A stretch of DNA of 45,532 bases from assembly GCA_030611505.1 (NCBI GenBank), contig JAUWPO010000002.1, forward strand, positions 1-45,532. The letters run 5' to 3'. This document shows positions 44,300 through 45,532 of this stretch, piece by piece. The stretch's first letter is position 1. Each line of letters begins with the position of its first letter. The position numbers and the translations under genes were made by a program. Below the pieces are notes generated by a model. It did not search any database. It saw only the letters and a program-made list of their open reading frames with translations, and had not been told where the DNA came from. Source of the stretch: Chloroflexota bacterium. Its GTDB lineage: Bacteria; Chloroflexota; Anaerolineae; Anaerolineales; UBA4823.

Positions 44300-45532
44300 C
44301 TAATTATCTTCTGAATAATTAAGATAACGCTCCCAAATTGATCCTAGGGCTGCAAATGAGAGTGCTACCTGCTGATTTTTTCTACGACCCTTATTCCAGG
44401 TAATCACCAATTCTTTTTTAGCACGTGTGATTCCGACATACAACAGGCGCAATCGTTCCCGAACGTAATCAATACGAGCCCTTTTAGTCGCATCCCCTTC
44501 CCGGTACCAGTCATAATCATCTGAGGAAAACGCTGTTTCTAATTGAGCTAGTGTCTCGGCTTGCAGGTTAAGCTTATCCCGGATAAACCATTTTTCAGCA
44601 ATATATCCCTCATCGCCAACTCCGCTGGGAAAGTTGTAATTATTTACGGACATTAAATAGACCCGGTCCCACTCCAAACCTTTAGCCTTATGCATCGTCG
44701 TTATGACGACTTTTCCCTTATATTGTTCGGGGTCGAAACCAGAATCCTGTGCGCTGAAACCTAAAAACCTGCGCTCGTTGCGAGCGATCACGTTCAGCTC
44801 TTCCGTTAATTGCGGTAAGCGCCATGACGGGTTCGAATTACTTGCCTGGCGCAGCAGAATTGCTAGTTTATGAGCCATTGCAAGTTCGTTGGGTTCAGAA
44901 AAGAAATCTTGAGCTAATGTAAGCACAAGCTGATCAATAGGTAAGAGTACCGATGCTTGCCATTTGCGGACCTCCTCTCGAAATTCAATCAATATCTCGA
45001 ATATTTCGGAATCTTTACTTTGCAGGTCAAGCTCTTCAAGCCAATCTTTTCCTGGGTCAGGAGAGATAAAGTCTTCCAGGTGGCTGATCTTTTGTAAGAG
45101 TTCTATTGTTTTTATTGTTCGATCATTATTTTTCTCACCTTGCTCACTAATAAAACTCCAATGCTTAAACACTTTTATTAATTTCTTGTTTGATCCCGGA
45201 TCCGAAAGATAAGCCAAAATATGACCCAATACTCCAGCAGAGTGACGTGTTTTAGAAGTGGTCCGTAAGAGACTGTCGTCATAATCAACCTTACGCCGTT
45301 TTAGTTCCTCTCCCAAATCCTTTCCACGTTTGTTACGAGGTACTAACACAGCCACTGTCCAATCTTCATGATCTGGCAGCCAACGTGTTAATGAATCAGC
45401 GACAGCACTGACCTCATCTTGTGATGTGTAGTTCGTATAAATAAGGTGTATTTGGCTCGGATCATCTTCAGGATTTGATTGTGGATCATCCGGTAAGGTG
45501 GGTTTAATTCTTGGATCGTCTTGCAGAGCATC
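44300..45532 (-). CDS. UvrD/Rep-family helicase, C-terminal part (N-terminus outside window)
   Basis: The frame stays open from 45355 to the window edge. Motifs VITTMHKAKGLEWDRVYL and LLYVGITRAKKELVI (helicase motifs V/VI). Confidence 0.8.
   Translation of the reverse strand, partial: DALQDDPRIKPTLPDDPQSNPEDDPSQIHLIYTNYTSQDEVSAVADSLTRWLPDHEDWTVAVLVPRNKRGKDLGEELKRRKVDYDDSLLRTTSKTRHSAGVLGHILAYLSDPGSNKKLIKVFKHWSFISEQGEKNNDRTIKTIELLQKISHLEDFISPDPGKDWLEELDLQSKDSEIFEILIEFREEVRKWQASVLLPIDQLVLTLAQDFFSEPNELAMAHKLAILLRQASNSNPSWRLPQLTEELNVIARNERRFLGFSAQDSGFDPEQYKGKVVITTMHKAKGLEWDRVYLMSVNNYNFPSGVGDEGYIAEKWFIRDKLNLQAETLAQLETAFSSDDYDWYREGDATKRARIDYVRERLRLLYVGITRAKKELVITWNKGRRKNQQVALSFAALGSIWERYLNYSEDN

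Overview
This 45.5-kb window is a bacterial chromosomal segment made mostly of housekeeping operons. The gene content and layout (sufR divergent from sufCBD-S-U-Rieske, Thr/Pro-rich linkers) suggest a Chloroflexota/Anaerolineae-like organism, but that is inference only.

Left to right:
- The 3' end of a response-regulator-like gene.
- A translationally coupled hdrC-hdrB-hdrA-mvhD-mvhG-mvhA cluster (heterodisulfide-reductase-like plus group-3c-type [NiFe] hydrogenase), with a maturation protease and a stand-alone cNMP-binding protein.
- Several small genes: a membrane protein, a hypothetical with an Rx4H motif, a cupin and a DUF166-like protein.
- An ECF sigma factor with a downstream membrane protein.
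- tmRNA (ssrA).
- An alpha-oxoamine synthase and ligA.
- A 1542-bp IS with about 50-bp imperfect inverted repeats and a perfect 16-bp target duplication. It separates a glutaredoxin-like gene from its start codon.
- A pst/phoU phosphate-uptake locus with two pstB paralogs whose ATPase-motif defects are complementary.
- The most unusual region (22.06-27.63 kb), a five-gene cassette:
  - a Zn-ribbon membrane protein;
  - a DUF2207-like single-pass membrane protein ending in GGGCACACACAGCACACAGGGR;
  - a radical SAM/SPASM enzyme with an N-terminal PqqD/RRE-like domain;
  - a paralog of that enzyme with no Fe-S cysteines;
  - a class I methyltransferase.
- The suf Fe-S assembly operon, with divergent sufR and a DUF59/SufT-like gene.
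- A cell-wall amidase and an L,D-transpeptidase.
- A flavin reductase, DegV and a short GH3-like enzyme.
- A membrane-protein gene with an in-frame TAG.
- recJ, a Cas4/AddB-like nuclease, and a UvrD-like helicase that runs off the window.

I saw no CRISPR array, no tRNA genes and no prophage. All calls rest on reading motifs by eye; no searches were run.
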